From NCBI GenBank assembly GCA_038046385.1, contig JBBSWH010000001.1:96001-160000 (forward strand): 64,000 bases of DNA, given 5' to 3'. Positions 10,163 to 19,620 of this stretch are shown here, in pieces. Numbering within the stretch: position 1 is the stretch's first letter; each line of letters begins with the position of its first letter. The stretch comes from Nanobdellota archaeon (GTDB taxonomy: Archaea > Nanobdellota > Nanobdellia > Woesearchaeales > GW2011-AR4). The notes under the pieces are model-generated. The model was not told where the DNA came from. It was given only the letters and a program-made list of their open reading frames with translations, and ran no database searches. The position numbers were made by a program, and so were the translations under genes.

Positions 10163-11119
10163 ATGGACAGAAATCTAGCTTTGGAATTTGTAAGGGCCAC
10201 TGAAGCTGCAGCAATAAACTCAGCTTATTGGGTCGGAAAAGGCAATGAGAAGTCTGCAGACCACGCTGCTGTTGAGGCAATGAGAAAAGCTTTTTCTGCC
10301 ATAGATTTTGACGGAACAATTGTAATTGGAGAAGGAGAAAGAGATGAAGCTCCGATGCTATTTATAGGCGAGAAAGTCGGTTCAGGAAAGGGGATGAAGT
10401 TGGATATTGCAGTTGATCCGCTTGAAGGAACAACAATCACTGCAAGAGGTGATCCAAATGCCATGTCTGTAATGGCAGCAGCTCCTCATGGGCATTTGCT
10501 TAACGCACCTGACACTTACATGGACAAAATTGCCGTGGGTCCAAAATGCGTTGGTATAATAGATCTTGATGCTTCTGTTGAAGAAAATTTACATGCTGTT
10601 TCAAAAAAGCTTGGAAAGCCGCTTGATGAAGTCACAGTCATGCTGATGGACAGGGACAGGCACAAAGAACTGATTGAAAAAGTAAGAAAAGTCGGCTGCA
10701 GGATAAGGCCGATAATAGACGGAGATATTGCAGGAGCGCTTGAGCCTTCAATAGACGTCTCCGGAGTGGATATCTTAATCGGAATCGGCGGAGCTCCTGA
10801 AGGAGTTGTAGCTGCTGCTGCATTAAAATGCCTTGGCGGCGAGATACAGGGAAGATTAAAGTTCAGAAATGATGAAGAAAGAAAAAGGGCAATCAAGATG
10901 GGAATGAAAAATCCAGACCAGAAGCTTATGATGCATGACCTTGTCAAAAGCGATTCTGTAATGTTTGCCGCAACCGGTGTAACTGACGGCACAATTCTGA
11001 AAGGAGTTGAATTCACAAGCACCGGCGCAAAGACGCATTCGATTGTTATGAGGGCAAAGACAAAAACAATCAGATTTATCGAAGCAACACACCATTTTGA
11101 CCATTTTCCTGAATATTAG
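10163..11119 (+). CDS. glpX: Class II fructose-1,6-bisphosphatase
   Basis: VIGEGERDEAPML, DIAVDPLEGT, GIGGAPEGV, FAATGVTDG; probable start MDRNLALE. Confidence 0.96.
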   Translation: MDRNLALEFVRATEAAAINSAYWVGKGNEKSADHAAVEAMRKAFSAIDFDGTIVIGEGERDEAPMLFIGEKVGSGKGMKLDIAVDPLEGTTITARGDPNAMSVMAAAPHGHLLNAPDTYMDKIAVGPKCVGIIDLDASVEENLHAVSKKLGKPLDEVTVMLMDRDRHKELIEKVRKVGCRIRPIIDGDIAGALEPSIDVSGVDILIGIGGAPEGVVAAAALKCLGGEIQGRLKFRNDEERKRAIKMGMKNPDQKLMMHDLVKSDSVMFAATGVTDGTILKGVEFTSTGAKTHSIVMRAKTKTIRFIEATHHFDHFPEY

Positions 11120-11166
11120 TTTTAATTTAATAAAGCAATTAAAATAAAATCAGCGGGGTGTATCTT

Positions 11167-12207
11167 ATGTCTACAGATGAATTAAAGAAGACAATCAAAG
11201 ACATGGTTGTCGCCGGAAAAGGAGTTCTTGCAGCAGACGAAAGCACAGGCACTGCCGGAAAGAGGCTTGCAAGCATTAATACTGAAAACACAGAAGAGAC
11301 AAGAAGGCAGTACAGAAATCTTATATTAACAGCCCCTGGAATCGAGAAATTCATCTGCGGGGTCATACTTTATGAAGAAACTTTAAGCCAGAAAACAGAC
11401 AGTGGCGTTTTGTTCCCGACACACCTTAAAAATATTGGAGTTGTTCCAGGAATCAAAGTTGACGAAGGGCTTGCAGAATTTGAAGGGTCCATTGAGCAGT
11501 ACACAAAAGGGCTTGAAGGCCTGGGAGAAAGGCTTGAAAGATACAAAAAATTCGGCTGCAGGTTTGCAAAATGGCGCGCAGTGTACCACATAACAAACGG
11601 CACTCCGACAGACATGGCGATAAAAAGAAATGCGCATGACCTTGCAAAATACGCAAAAATATGCCAGGACCATGGATTTGTGCCGATAGTGGAGCCGGAA
11701 GTTTTGATTAACGGAACTTATTCAATCGAAACATCATATGAAGTCAATGACAAAGTTCTGAAGGAAGTTTTTGCAGCATTGAAAGAAGAAGGAGTTTTGC
11801 TTCAGTATACAATACTCAAGCCGAGCATGGCAATATCCGGAAAAGAAGCAACTAACAGGGCAAATGTTGACGAGGTTGCAAAAAAAACTGTGATGGTTTT
11901 GAAGGCAAATGCTCCTTCTGATTTGGCAAGCATCAATTTTCTTTCAGGAGGGCAGGCAAATCAGGAATCAACTCAGCATCTTAACAGGATGCACACACTT
12001 GGAGAAAAACTTCCATGGTACGTTAGCTTTTCTTATGCAAGAGCACTGCAGGAGCCTGCTTTGAAGGCATGGCAGGGCAAGAAAGAAAACCTAAATGCAG
12101 GCCAGCAGGCATTTTTGAAACGTGCAAAGTTAAACAGTTTGGCTACAATGGGGAAATACAAAGAGGACATGGAAAAAATGGAACTTTCTGTGCTGATGAA
12201 GCACTAA
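11167..12207 (+). CDS. fba: Class I fructose-bisphosphate aldolase (eukaryote/bacterial 'Glycolytic' family)
   Basis: GKGVLAADES, PGIKVD, FAKWRAV, VPIVEPEV, LKPSM, FLSGGQ, SFSYARALQ. Confidence 0.95.
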   Translation: MSTDELKKTIKDMVVAGKGVLAADESTGTAGKRLASINTENTEETRRQYRNLILTAPGIEKFICGVILYEETLSQKTDSGVLFPTHLKNIGVVPGIKVDEGLAEFEGSIEQYTKGLEGLGERLERYKKFGCRFAKWRAVYHITNGTPTDMAIKRNAHDLAKYAKICQDHGFVPIVEPEVLINGTYSIETSYEVNDKVLKEVFAALKEEGVLLQYTILKPSMAISGKEATNRANVDEVAKKTVMVLKANAPSDLASINFLSGGQANQESTQHLNRMHTLGEKLPWYVSFSYARALQEPALKAWQGKKENLNAGQQAFLKRAKLNSLATMGKYKEDMEKMELSVLMKH

Positions 12208-12208
12208 A

Positions 12209-13228
12209 ATGACTAGAGTCGGCATTGTAGGATACGGAACAATCGGAAAGAGAGTTGCAGATGCTGTTGCAATGCAAAAAGACATGAAGCTAATTGGAGT
12301 TTCAGCGAATTCATACAGCTTTAACATGGAAGTTGCCAGGAAAAAAGGCTACAAACTTTTTTCAATGACACCAGAAGCTGAAAAAGAGCTTAATGAAAAT
12401 GGGATGAAAGCAGATGGAAACTTCAAGAGCTTATTGGAGAATGTGGATGTTATAGTTGACTGCACCCCCAAGAAAATAGGAAAAGAAAATCTTGAAAAAT
12501 TCTACAGGCCGATGAAGATAAAGGCGCTTGTGCAGGGCGGGGAAAAGCACGAAACTACAGGAGTATCATTTGTCGCGCAGTGCAACTACAATTCAGCATT
12601 AAACAAGAATTTTGCAAGAATTGTTTCATGCAACACAACAGGCTTGTGCAGAACGCTTGATGCCGTCAATAAAAAGTACGGGATAAAGAGCGTTCATGCA
12701 ACAATGATAAGAAGGGGCGCTGATCCGGGAGATATCCATCACGGGCCAATTAATGCAATTGTGCCTGTTCTCGAGATGCCAAGCCATCACGGCCCGGATG
12801 TTCAGACAATTCTTCCCAATGTTGAGATATTCACAACAGCATTAAGCGTTCCATCAACTCTTATGCATCTTCACACATTAACTGTTGACGTCAACAAAAA
12901 GCCAAAATTAGACGAAGCAATTGAGCTTTTCAACAGCACAACGAGAGTAAGAGTTGTAAGGAATGCAGAGCACTTAAGATCAACAGCAGAGATAATGGAG
13001 TTTGCAAGAGACCTTGGCAGATTAAGGGGAGACATGCCTGAAATCTGCGTGTGGAAGGAAGCAGTCGGAGTGACATCAAACTCGCACAACAAGCTGCTTT
13101 ACATGCAGGCTGTCCATCAGGAATCTGACGTTGTTCCTGAAAATATTGATTGTATTCGTGCATTGATGGGATTTAAGGACGGAGAAAAATCAATCAAGAT
13201 GACGAATGAGACATTTGGGATAAAGTGA
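12209..13228 (+). CDS. gap: Type II (archaeal) glyceraldehyde-3-phosphate dehydrogenase
   Basis: GYGTIGKRVADAV, VSCNTTGLCR, SHHGPDV, VHQESDVVPENID. Confidence 0.96.
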   Translation: MTRVGIVGYGTIGKRVADAVAMQKDMKLIGVSANSYSFNMEVARKKGYKLFSMTPEAEKELNENGMKADGNFKSLLENVDVIVDCTPKKIGKENLEKFYRPMKIKALVQGGEKHETTGVSFVAQCNYNSALNKNFARIVSCNTTGLCRTLDAVNKKYGIKSVHATMIRRGADPGDIHHGPINAIVPVLEMPSHHGPDVQTILPNVEIFTTALSVPSTLMHLHTLTVDVNKKPKLDEAIELFNSTTRVRVVRNAEHLRSTAEIMEFARDLGRLRGDMPEICVWKEAVGVTSNSHNKLLYMQAVHQESDVVPENIDCIRALMGFKDGEKSIKMTNETFGIK

Positions 13229-13239
13229 TTTTATTTTTT

Positions 13240-13296
13240 ACAATAAATAGTGCGAGCAATGGGGCGAGCCTAAATATTGTTGCGAAGCAACGGAAA
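13240..13296. repeat. REP-like intergenic hairpin element
   Basis: ACAATA..TATTGT arms and GTTGC-GAA-GCAAC hairpin; motifs shared with 36995-37043 and 51636-51725. Confidence 0.4.
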
Positions 13297-13376
13297 TAAA
13301 ATTAATAAAAACTCAATTTAAAATAAAATCATTAAACTAAAATAAATAAAAAATAAAACTAAAAAGGTGATTCATA

Positions 13377-14492
13377 ATGAGAATAGGCGTTCCAAAAGAA
13401 ATTAAAGACAGAGAAAACAGAGTTGCATTGACCCCAGACGGAGCAAAACAACTTTTTGATAATGGCCATAAAGTTTTTGTCGAGAGAAACGCAGGCCTTG
13501 GAAGCGGATTCAAGGATGAGGAATATGTAAAATCAGGGGCAAAGATAGTTGACACTTCAGAGGCATGGGGCTGCGATACTGTTGTCAAAGTAAAAGAGCC
13601 TCTTGAAGCCGAATACAAATTCATGAAGGAAGGGCAGATAATCTATACTTATCTGCATCTTGCCGGTGTTACTCCGACGCTGACAGAAGCACTGCTAAAA
13701 AGCAAGGCAACGGGAATTGCATATGAGACTGTTGAAGATGCCTACAAAAGGCTGCCTTTGCTTGCTCCGATGAGCGCAGTTGCGGGAAACATGGCGACAC
13801 AGGTTGGAGCTTATTATCTTGCAAAATTCAACAACGGAAGAGGAATGATGCTCGGAGAGGTTCTTGGAAACTTTTACGGAAAAGTTGTAATTATCGGAGA
13901 CGGAGTTGTCGGAAGGCACGCAGCAAAGACAGCTTATGGAATGGGCTCAAATGTCTATCTTTTCGGAAGGCATGAGGAAAGGATGGACTTATTGAGGGAT
14001 GCAATCGGAAGAAGGTCGCATATAATGCTTTCAACAGAAGAGAATATTGCAGAACACATCAAGGATGCTGATTTGGTTGTCGGCGCAGTTCTTGTCACAG
14101 GCGCAAAAGCGCCTTATGTTGTCACAGAAGAAATGATAAAAACAATGCAGCCGGGAAGCGTTATTGTTGACGTCAGCATAGATCAGGGCGGATGCATCGA
14201 GACTTCAAGGCCGACAAAGCACTCTGACCCTGTTTATGAGAAGCACGGCGTAATACATTATTGCGTGACCAACATGCCTGGAGCTTACCCAAGGACATCG
14301 ACATTTGCATTGACAAACGCAACACTTCCTTATTTGGTAAAACTAGCGAATAAAGGATTTAATCAGATTGTGAAGGATGATGCCGGCTTTGCAAAAGGCG
14401 TTAACACTTACAAGGGCTACTTAACCTACAAGCCGGTTGCAGAAGCTCTTGGTGTTGAAAGCAGTTTCAAGGATTTGAAAGAGATGGTTTAG
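13377..14492 (+). CDS. ald: Alanine dehydrogenase (bacterial type)
   Basis: IGVPKEIKDRENRVALTP, KVKEP, LLAPMSAVAG, DVSIDQGGC, NMPGAYPRTST. Confidence 0.96.
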   Translation: MRIGVPKEIKDRENRVALTPDGAKQLFDNGHKVFVERNAGLGSGFKDEEYVKSGAKIVDTSEAWGCDTVVKVKEPLEAEYKFMKEGQIIYTYLHLAGVTPTLTEALLKSKATGIAYETVEDAYKRLPLLAPMSAVAGNMATQVGAYYLAKFNNGRGMMLGEVLGNFYGKVVIIGDGVVGRHAAKTAYGMGSNVYLFGRHEERMDLLRDAIGRRSHIMLSTEENIAEHIKDADLVVGAVLVTGAKAPYVVTEEMIKTMQPGSVIVDVSIDQGGCIETSRPTKHSDPVYEKHGVIHYCVTNMPGAYPRTSTFALTNATLPYLVKLANKGFNQIVKDDAGFAKGVNTYKGYLTYKPVAEALGVESSFKDLKEMV

Positions 14493-14499
14493 ATTTTAT

Positions 14500-14766
14500 T
14501 TAAAGGAGATTACTGATATACTTTTCAATAATCCTGTATGCTTTGACTAGTTTCATTGAGTCGGGATACCTAATTGAAGTAGGGTGTGCTGCATCAAGCA
14601 TAAGAAACTCGCTCAAAGAAGTTTTGTATATACTAACTAATTCCTCGGTTAATCTCCATTTTTTTCCTTTACCCATCCTGATAATGCCTGCAGCTACGCA
14701 CATTAATCGTAACCTATCATCTAAATTCGGTTTAAAATCAGGAGAACCGGTTGTTTCACTTAACAT
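14500..14766 (-). CDS. Hypothetical protein
   Basis: 88-aa ORF whose start overlaps the stop of the upstream gene; no motif. Confidence 0.45.
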   Translation of the reverse strand: MLSETTGSPDFKPNLDDRLRLMCVAAGIIRMGKGKKWRLTEELVSIYKTSLSEFLMLDAAHPTSIRYPDSMKLVKAYRIIEKYISNLL

Positions 14767-16037
14767 TCTTTTCCCCTCAAGTCGAACTTTGTCGCGTCAA
14801 AAATCTCAACATCAAGAATGTCTCCAAGCTTATAATCACCTTTTACTATGACCGGCCTGTAGCATTCATTTCTTCCAATCCACGAGCCTTCAAGAGTTCC
14901 AATTTCATCAATTATCACTTTGCATTTTTTTCCAATCCATGTCATGTTATTCTCCAGCATAATTCCGTAGAAAACCTTTGTCATTTCCCTTGACCTTTCT
15001 TTTAATATTTCGGGAGGGATTTGATTCATCTTTGCTGAGATTGTTCCCTCTCTTGCAGCATACCTTGAGATATTAACAGTATCAAACCTTATTTTTTTAA
15101 TTAAATTTAAAGAATCTTGGAATTGTTCTTCCGTTTCTGCGGGAAAGCCGACAATTATATCTGTTGAGATAGTTATATCCGGAATTTCTTTCCTGAATTC
15201 TTCTACAATTTTGATAAAATCTTCAACAGAATATCTTCGGTTCATCTGCTTCAGCACTTCATTGTTGCCTGCCTGTACCGGGATATGCAAAAATCTGAAC
15301 ATTTTTGGATTTTTATAAACTTCAATCAACTCATCAAGAACTGTTATTGTGTTGCCTGGATTCATCATTCCAACTCTTAGCATGAAATCCATTGGAATTG
15401 AAAGGACATTATCAAGCAATTCCACAATCTTCTGATTTCCCCCCTGTTCAACCATGTATGCGCCGGTGTCGTTTGATGTAATCCAAATCTCTTTGCATCC
15501 GGATTTCAGATGCTCTTTCACATCGTTTCTTATTGCGTCCATCGGATATGAAAACAATTTCCCCTTGATTAGTTTTGTAGAGCAGAAAGTGCAGAAATAA
15601 TTGCAGCCGTTAAGTATTGGGACAATTCCTATGACTGGATTTTTTCTTATCGAAGGCAATTCCACTTTTGATTCATACTTCTTGTCCAAAATCTCAAGAA
15701 CTGTGCCGTTCATAGAATTTTCAACAACTGCTGAGATTTTTCCCAAGTTGTGTGTGTTGATAAGGCTTATTTTATTATTCAATTCTCTTATTTTTGGGAT
15801 TATGCTGTCTGAAATGCATCCTGCAACAACAATCTTTTTTTCAGGGAAAATTTTTTGGACTTTTCTTATTTCTCTTAATGCAGTATTGTCGCCTTTTACA
15901 GTGCAGATATTGATGACTTCAACTTCAGAACCAGTTTCAACAACTTCATAGCCTGACTTGTCAAGCAGGCCTGCCATTAATTCAGACTCTCGCATGTTGC
16001 TGCTGCATCCCTGCGTTGTAAAGCTTACTTTAACCAT
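14760..16037 (-). CDS. MiaB-like radical SAM tRNA methylthiotransferase (archaeal MtaB type)
   Basis: TQGCSSN, NICTVK, GCNYFCTFC, DTGAY, DIIVGFP, C-terminal TRAM. Confidence 0.93.
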   Translation of the reverse strand: MVKVSFTTQGCSSNMRESELMAGLLDKSGYEVVETGSEVEVINICTVKGDNTALREIRKVQKIFPEKKIVVAGCISDSIIPKIRELNNKISLINTHNLGKISAVVENSMNGTVLEILDKKYESKVELPSIRKNPVIGIVPILNGCNYFCTFCSTKLIKGKLFSYPMDAIRNDVKEHLKSGCKEIWITSNDTGAYMVEQGGNQKIVELLDNVLSIPMDFMLRVGMMNPGNTITVLDELIEVYKNPKMFRFLHIPVQAGNNEVLKQMNRRYSVEDFIKIVEEFRKEIPDITISTDIIVGFPAETEEQFQDSLNLIKKIRFDTVNISRYAAREGTISAKMNQIPPEILKERSREMTKVFYGIMLENNMTWIGKKCKVIIDEIGTLEGSWIGRNECYRPVIVKGDYKLGDILDVEIFDATKFDLRGKEC

Positions 16038-16084
16038 AATTGCAAAGAATAAATGAGGCGTTTTAAAGGTTTTGTTGAGCGGTT

Positions 16085-16567
16085 TTACCTTTTGTATTTC
16101 ATGTCCGGCTTTTCCAGCATCCAGCGAGAAATAATTCTTGTTTCATATTCATCATTAGTGTGCATGCATTCATGAATGTCAACTTCATCTTTCATTCTTA
16201 TTAGGTCTTCTCTTCTGGTTATTGAATTGTCTCCCAGGTAAGTAAATCCAAGAACACCGCCCATCATTGAAACCGGAAGAATGTTCAGCCACTTTAACTG
16301 GACTCTTTGCGACATATCCTCTTTTGAATCAATGAAGCGCTTTAAATAATCAATATTTTTTTCCGAATAATGCGATTGATAGCCACTTGATTGGGATGCT
16401 GCATTATAATTTTCAAAAGAACGCGCATCATTAGCTTCTTCAGCAATAACTTCCAGCTTTGAAGGCGCCTGCTGAGCTTCCAATTGCTGAGGCGAAGAAG
16501 ACAAGTACGGCAATAAGGCAATTCCGGCGATTATCTGCCTAAGTTTATTGCTTATTTGCATCATCAA
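16085..16567 (-). CDS. Hypothetical protein with HExxH motif
   Basis: N-terminal hydrophobic stretch; GVLGFTYLG...DIHECMHT..E; start uncertain. Confidence 0.65.
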   Translation of the reverse strand: MMMQISNKLRQIIAGIALLPYLSSSPQQLEAQQAPSKLEVIAEEANDARSFENYNAASQSSGYQSHYSEKNIDYLKRFIDSKEDMSQRVQLKWLNILPVSMMGGVLGFTYLGDNSITRREDLIRMKDEVDIHECMHTNDEYETRIISRWMLEKPDMKYKR

Positions 16568-17939
16568 AAACTTTTACAGCTTCTTCCATAAGATTCTCTG
16601 ATTCTTTCTTGTCGTCAGAATCAGCTATTATCCTGAACACCCCTGATTCTGTTTTTGAAGCGCGGAACCAGATAAAAGAATTCTTTCCGGTTATCACTTT
16701 AAGGCTGCCTTTTATTCCTGTGATCTCTTTTGTTTCAAGGCTTTTTTTTGAGTAATAAATTTTCAATGATTTTTTTATTTTATCATGGTTTTTTAAATCA
16801 AATTCAACTTTCTTTTTTAAGTTGTAATATTTTGGAAGCGCATCGATAATTCCATCAAGTTTCTTGTTTTGCTTTGCAACAATAGAAAGAACCTGCAGCA
16901 ACGCAAGTATTCCATCTCTGCATTTTGAAGGGGGAGTTATTGAGCCTCCGCTTGAGCCTTCTCCTCCGACAAGAGCTTTTGAGTTGTCCATTTCGTGAAC
17001 TACATTCGATTCCCCTACTTCAACTTCCTTGATTTTTGCATTGAATTTTTGCGCAATATCCCTTACCGCATTTGATGTTGCGTCATTTATGACGATTGTA
17101 TGCTTTTTGTTTTTATCTGCGTTTGAAAGTGCTTCCTGCACAACTAATGCTAAAATATAATTTCCTGACAGCAGCTTTCCGCTGCTTAGCATTATCTCAA
17201 CCCTGTCCGCATCGCAGTCAAATGCTGCTGCAAAATCTGCATTGTTTTTTTCTATTGCACTTTTGAGATAGACTAATGCGTCTTCTGTCGGCTCGATTGT
17301 CCTGTTAAACTGCCCGATTTCCATGTTTAATGCGATAACTTCAACCCCAACGCTTTCAAGAATCGCTTTTGCAATAACTCCTGATCCGCCGTTTGGGTCA
17401 ATGAGGAGTCTTTGCTTTGATTTTTTTATGCTTTCAATGTTCTTTTTTCCAATAATTTTTAAAATAAAATTTTTGTATTCCTCAATCGCTTCTTCATTTT
17501 TTTCTGTTATTTTTCTCTCCTGTACCTTATGGAAATTTTTTAAGAATTTTGAGTTTTTTATCACTTCATTCATTTCTTTTTCGCTTAAAACAGCTCCGTC
17601 ACTGCCGAGAAACTTGAAGCCGTTCCAGTAAGGCTCGTTGTGGGAAGCAGTTATTATGACTCCTCCATCGGCATTGAAATGCCTTACTGCAAACTCTATT
17701 GCAGGCGTTGTTGCGATGCCAACATCAATGAAATTGCAGTCTACTATTTCTTTTATTGAATTTTTTAAAATCAATCCGGAAGGCCTTGTGTCCATTCCAA
17801 TAACTACCGTTGCATTGTTCTTTTTGGCTTTTTTCTTAATGAATTCGCTGAAGGAATGAACATATCTTATTGCAGTCTCTTCTGTCAAATCTTTGCCGTA
17901 AATTCCCCTTATCCCTGAAAATGACTCCATCAATACCAT
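16545..17939 (-). CDS. Phosphohexomutase (phosphoglucosamine mutase/PMM family)
   Basis: SGIRG, GMDTR, ITASHN, FDCDADR, GGEGS, FRASKTE. Confidence 0.9.
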   Translation of the reverse strand: MVLMESFSGIRGIYGKDLTEETAIRYVHSFSEFIKKKAKKNNATVVIGMDTRPSGLILKNSIKEIVDCNFIDVGIATTPAIEFAVRHFNADGGVIITASHNEPYWNGFKFLGSDGAVLSEKEMNEVIKNSKFLKNFHKVQERKITEKNEEAIEEYKNFILKIIGKKNIESIKKSKQRLLIDPNGGSGVIAKAILESVGVEVIALNMEIGQFNRTIEPTEDALVYLKSAIEKNNADFAAAFDCDADRVEIMLSSGKLLSGNYILALVVQEALSNADKNKKHTIVINDATSNAVRDIAQKFNAKIKEVEVGESNVVHEMDNSKALVGGEGSSGGSITPPSKCRDGILALLQVLSIVAKQNKKLDGIIDALPKYYNLKKKVEFDLKNHDKIKKSLKIYYSKKSLETKEITGIKGSLKVITGKNSFIWFRASKTESGVFRIIADSDDKKESENLMEEAVKVFDDANKQ

Positions 17940-17986
17940 AACTGGGAGTTAGAAAAAGGGGTTTATAAGATTATTGAAAGTAACTT

Positions 17987-18799
17987 CTATCTGATGCTTA
18001 TTCTTGGTTCAGGATAGCCTGCGATTTTGTTCTCTATTCTTGACATTTCGTATGCTATTATCCCGCCTACAGCACCCCTAATAACAAAATCGTACCATTC
18101 TTTATGGTTTTTGGGAGGGCGTATTGTTCTTGCAACGTGGGCCATGTCTCCGTCACCTATCATAGCAGATAAAATCGAGCCCTCAGCATAACCTAAAGTG
18201 TATTGCATGAATCTTTGATGATCTCCACCTTTATTTTTAAGGTAGGCTATCAATGCCATATCAAAAGCCCTTGGCCCTAATGCGACTGATAAATTCTGCA
18301 AAGGAGTCATTTCACTTGGCTTTTTTCCCGGAATGAAATAGCCTGCTTCTCCAGATAGGAATCTGAATCGCATAAAGCTGTTAACTGCATTCAACGCAAG
18401 CGCCATCCTTGTGTAGTCTTTTACATTTTTACACAAATTCAGCAAATCTTCCCCCTTCAAAAAATCTTTTATGTTTTGATCAGAATAAACAGTCGGCAAG
18501 ATGCTTGTTTTTTTTGATCCTGCGCCGGATATTGATGCTGCAGCTTTGTGCAGGCCTTCATGGGACGCGACAAAAACTGCAGCCAAAGGGTCGTTTTTGT
18601 AAAGATAGAGTCCAGAAGCCCCGACGACAATTTTTTCAAGGCCGGTTGCTTCTTTTGCAGGCGCTTCACAGTGGTTTACAGGGGGGGTTTCCTGTGAACT
18701 TGCAGACTGCAGTGGAGCAGCAGACATAGCAGAAGCAGCAAGAAGCATTGCAATGGAGCCACGAATACCTTTTGGTATTATGTTTATTGTCTCAACCAA
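17987..18799 (-). CDS. Hypothetical secreted/membrane protein with HExxH motif
   Basis: Signal-like N-terminus; VASHEGLH...VALGP...GDGD resembles a membrane metallopeptidase pattern; TTG start. Confidence 0.6.
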   Translation of the reverse strand: MVETINIIPKGIRGSIAMLLAASAMSAAPLQSASSQETPPVNHCEAPAKEATGLEKIVVGASGLYLYKNDPLAAVFVASHEGLHKAAASISGAGSKKTSILPTVYSDQNIKDFLKGEDLLNLCKNVKDYTRMALALNAVNSFMRFRFLSGEAGYFIPGKKPSEMTPLQNLSVALGPRAFDMALIAYLKNKGGDHQRFMQYTLGYAEGSILSAMIGDGDMAHVARTIRPPKNHKEWYDFVIRGAVGGIIAYEMSRIENKIAGYPEPRISIR

Positions 18800-18884
18800 T
18801 ATTTTTATTTGTTAATGTGTATTTAAGGTTTGCCGTACCCAAATCTTTTTATATGTGCAATACTCTATTCTATTTGGTGGTAAA

Positions 18885-19196
18885 ATGACTGACGAAGCAA
18901 TTGTAACTGTAGAATTAAGCGGATTTAGGGATATAGATGAGTCTACCATGGGCGTTGTAAGCAAGCTTGCCCAGACTTATACAAGGAAGATAGTGGAGCA
19001 CACCAAAAAACCAGGAATTCTGCACATCACACTAAAGCCGGTTCACCAGAGGGAAAAGGGCGAGAAGTATGAAGTTCACTCAAGAATAACAGACAATGGC
19101 AAGATATATGTTTCTGAATTCACAGACAGGAACTTGCTTGCTGTTTTGGATACTGTACTAACTAAATTATTGACAGAATTAACAAGAAAACACTAA
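18885..19196 (+). CDS. Putative HPF/RaiA-like ribosome hibernation protein
   Basis: Alternating strand/helix pattern LHITLK..KYEVHSRI..YVSEFTDRNLLAVLDTVLTKL resembles the HPF fold; RBS GGTGG before ATG 18885. Confidence 0.55.
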   Translation: MTDEAIVTVELSGFRDIDESTMGVVSKLAQTYTRKIVEHTKKPGILHITLKPVHQREKGEKYEVHSRITDNGKIYVSEFTDRNLLAVLDTVLTKLLTELTRKH

Positions 19197-19456
19197 GCTT
19201 GCTGCGTCTCTTCTGTTGTTGCAGTCTGTTTCTGCTTCAAAGAAATTATCTGTATTAATTTTAATGCGTTTATTTCCTGCTTAAGCTCTTCTATCTGGTC
19301 CTTAAGCTCGTATATTAGTTCATAATTGTGCTGTATGTTCTCAGAAGTTTCGCTTACGATAGCTGGCAAGTCGGAAAATTCAGAAAATTCTCTGCGTATC
19401 TGCTTTATCCAAGAATCTACATTGTCCCGAAAAGTGTTAATTTCCAGCGTATTCAT
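19193..19456 (-). CDS. Hypothetical coiled-coil protein
   Basis: NIQHNYELIYELKDQIEELKQEINALK; RBS GAGG. Confidence 0.75.
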   Translation of the reverse strand: MNTLEINTFRDNVDSWIKQIRREFSEFSDLPAIVSETSENIQHNYELIYELKDQIEELKQEINALKLIQIISLKQKQTATTEETQQA

Positions 19457-19524
19457 TTGTTCCTCAGTGCATAAACAAAAAAGGTCGGCAGCCCTTCAAA
19501 GGTGAGATTGTTTGCCCGAAACAT

Positions 19525-19620
19525 TCAATTTTCAGACACTTTACGCCGCAAAGGCATAAAGTCCTTGCCTTCCAAGAGTCGCAAGATCAAATCCTGCTTT
19601 ACTGCCTCTTTTTTGAACAC
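19525..19620 (-). CDS. Putative 31-aa small ORF (MFKKEAVKQDLILRLLEGKDFMPLRRKVSEN)
   Basis: GTG start after GAGGGAG; lies between a TATA-like box (~19680) and the 87-aa gene. Confidence 0.4.
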   Translation of the reverse strand: MFKKEAVKQDLILRLLEGKDFMPLRRKVSEN

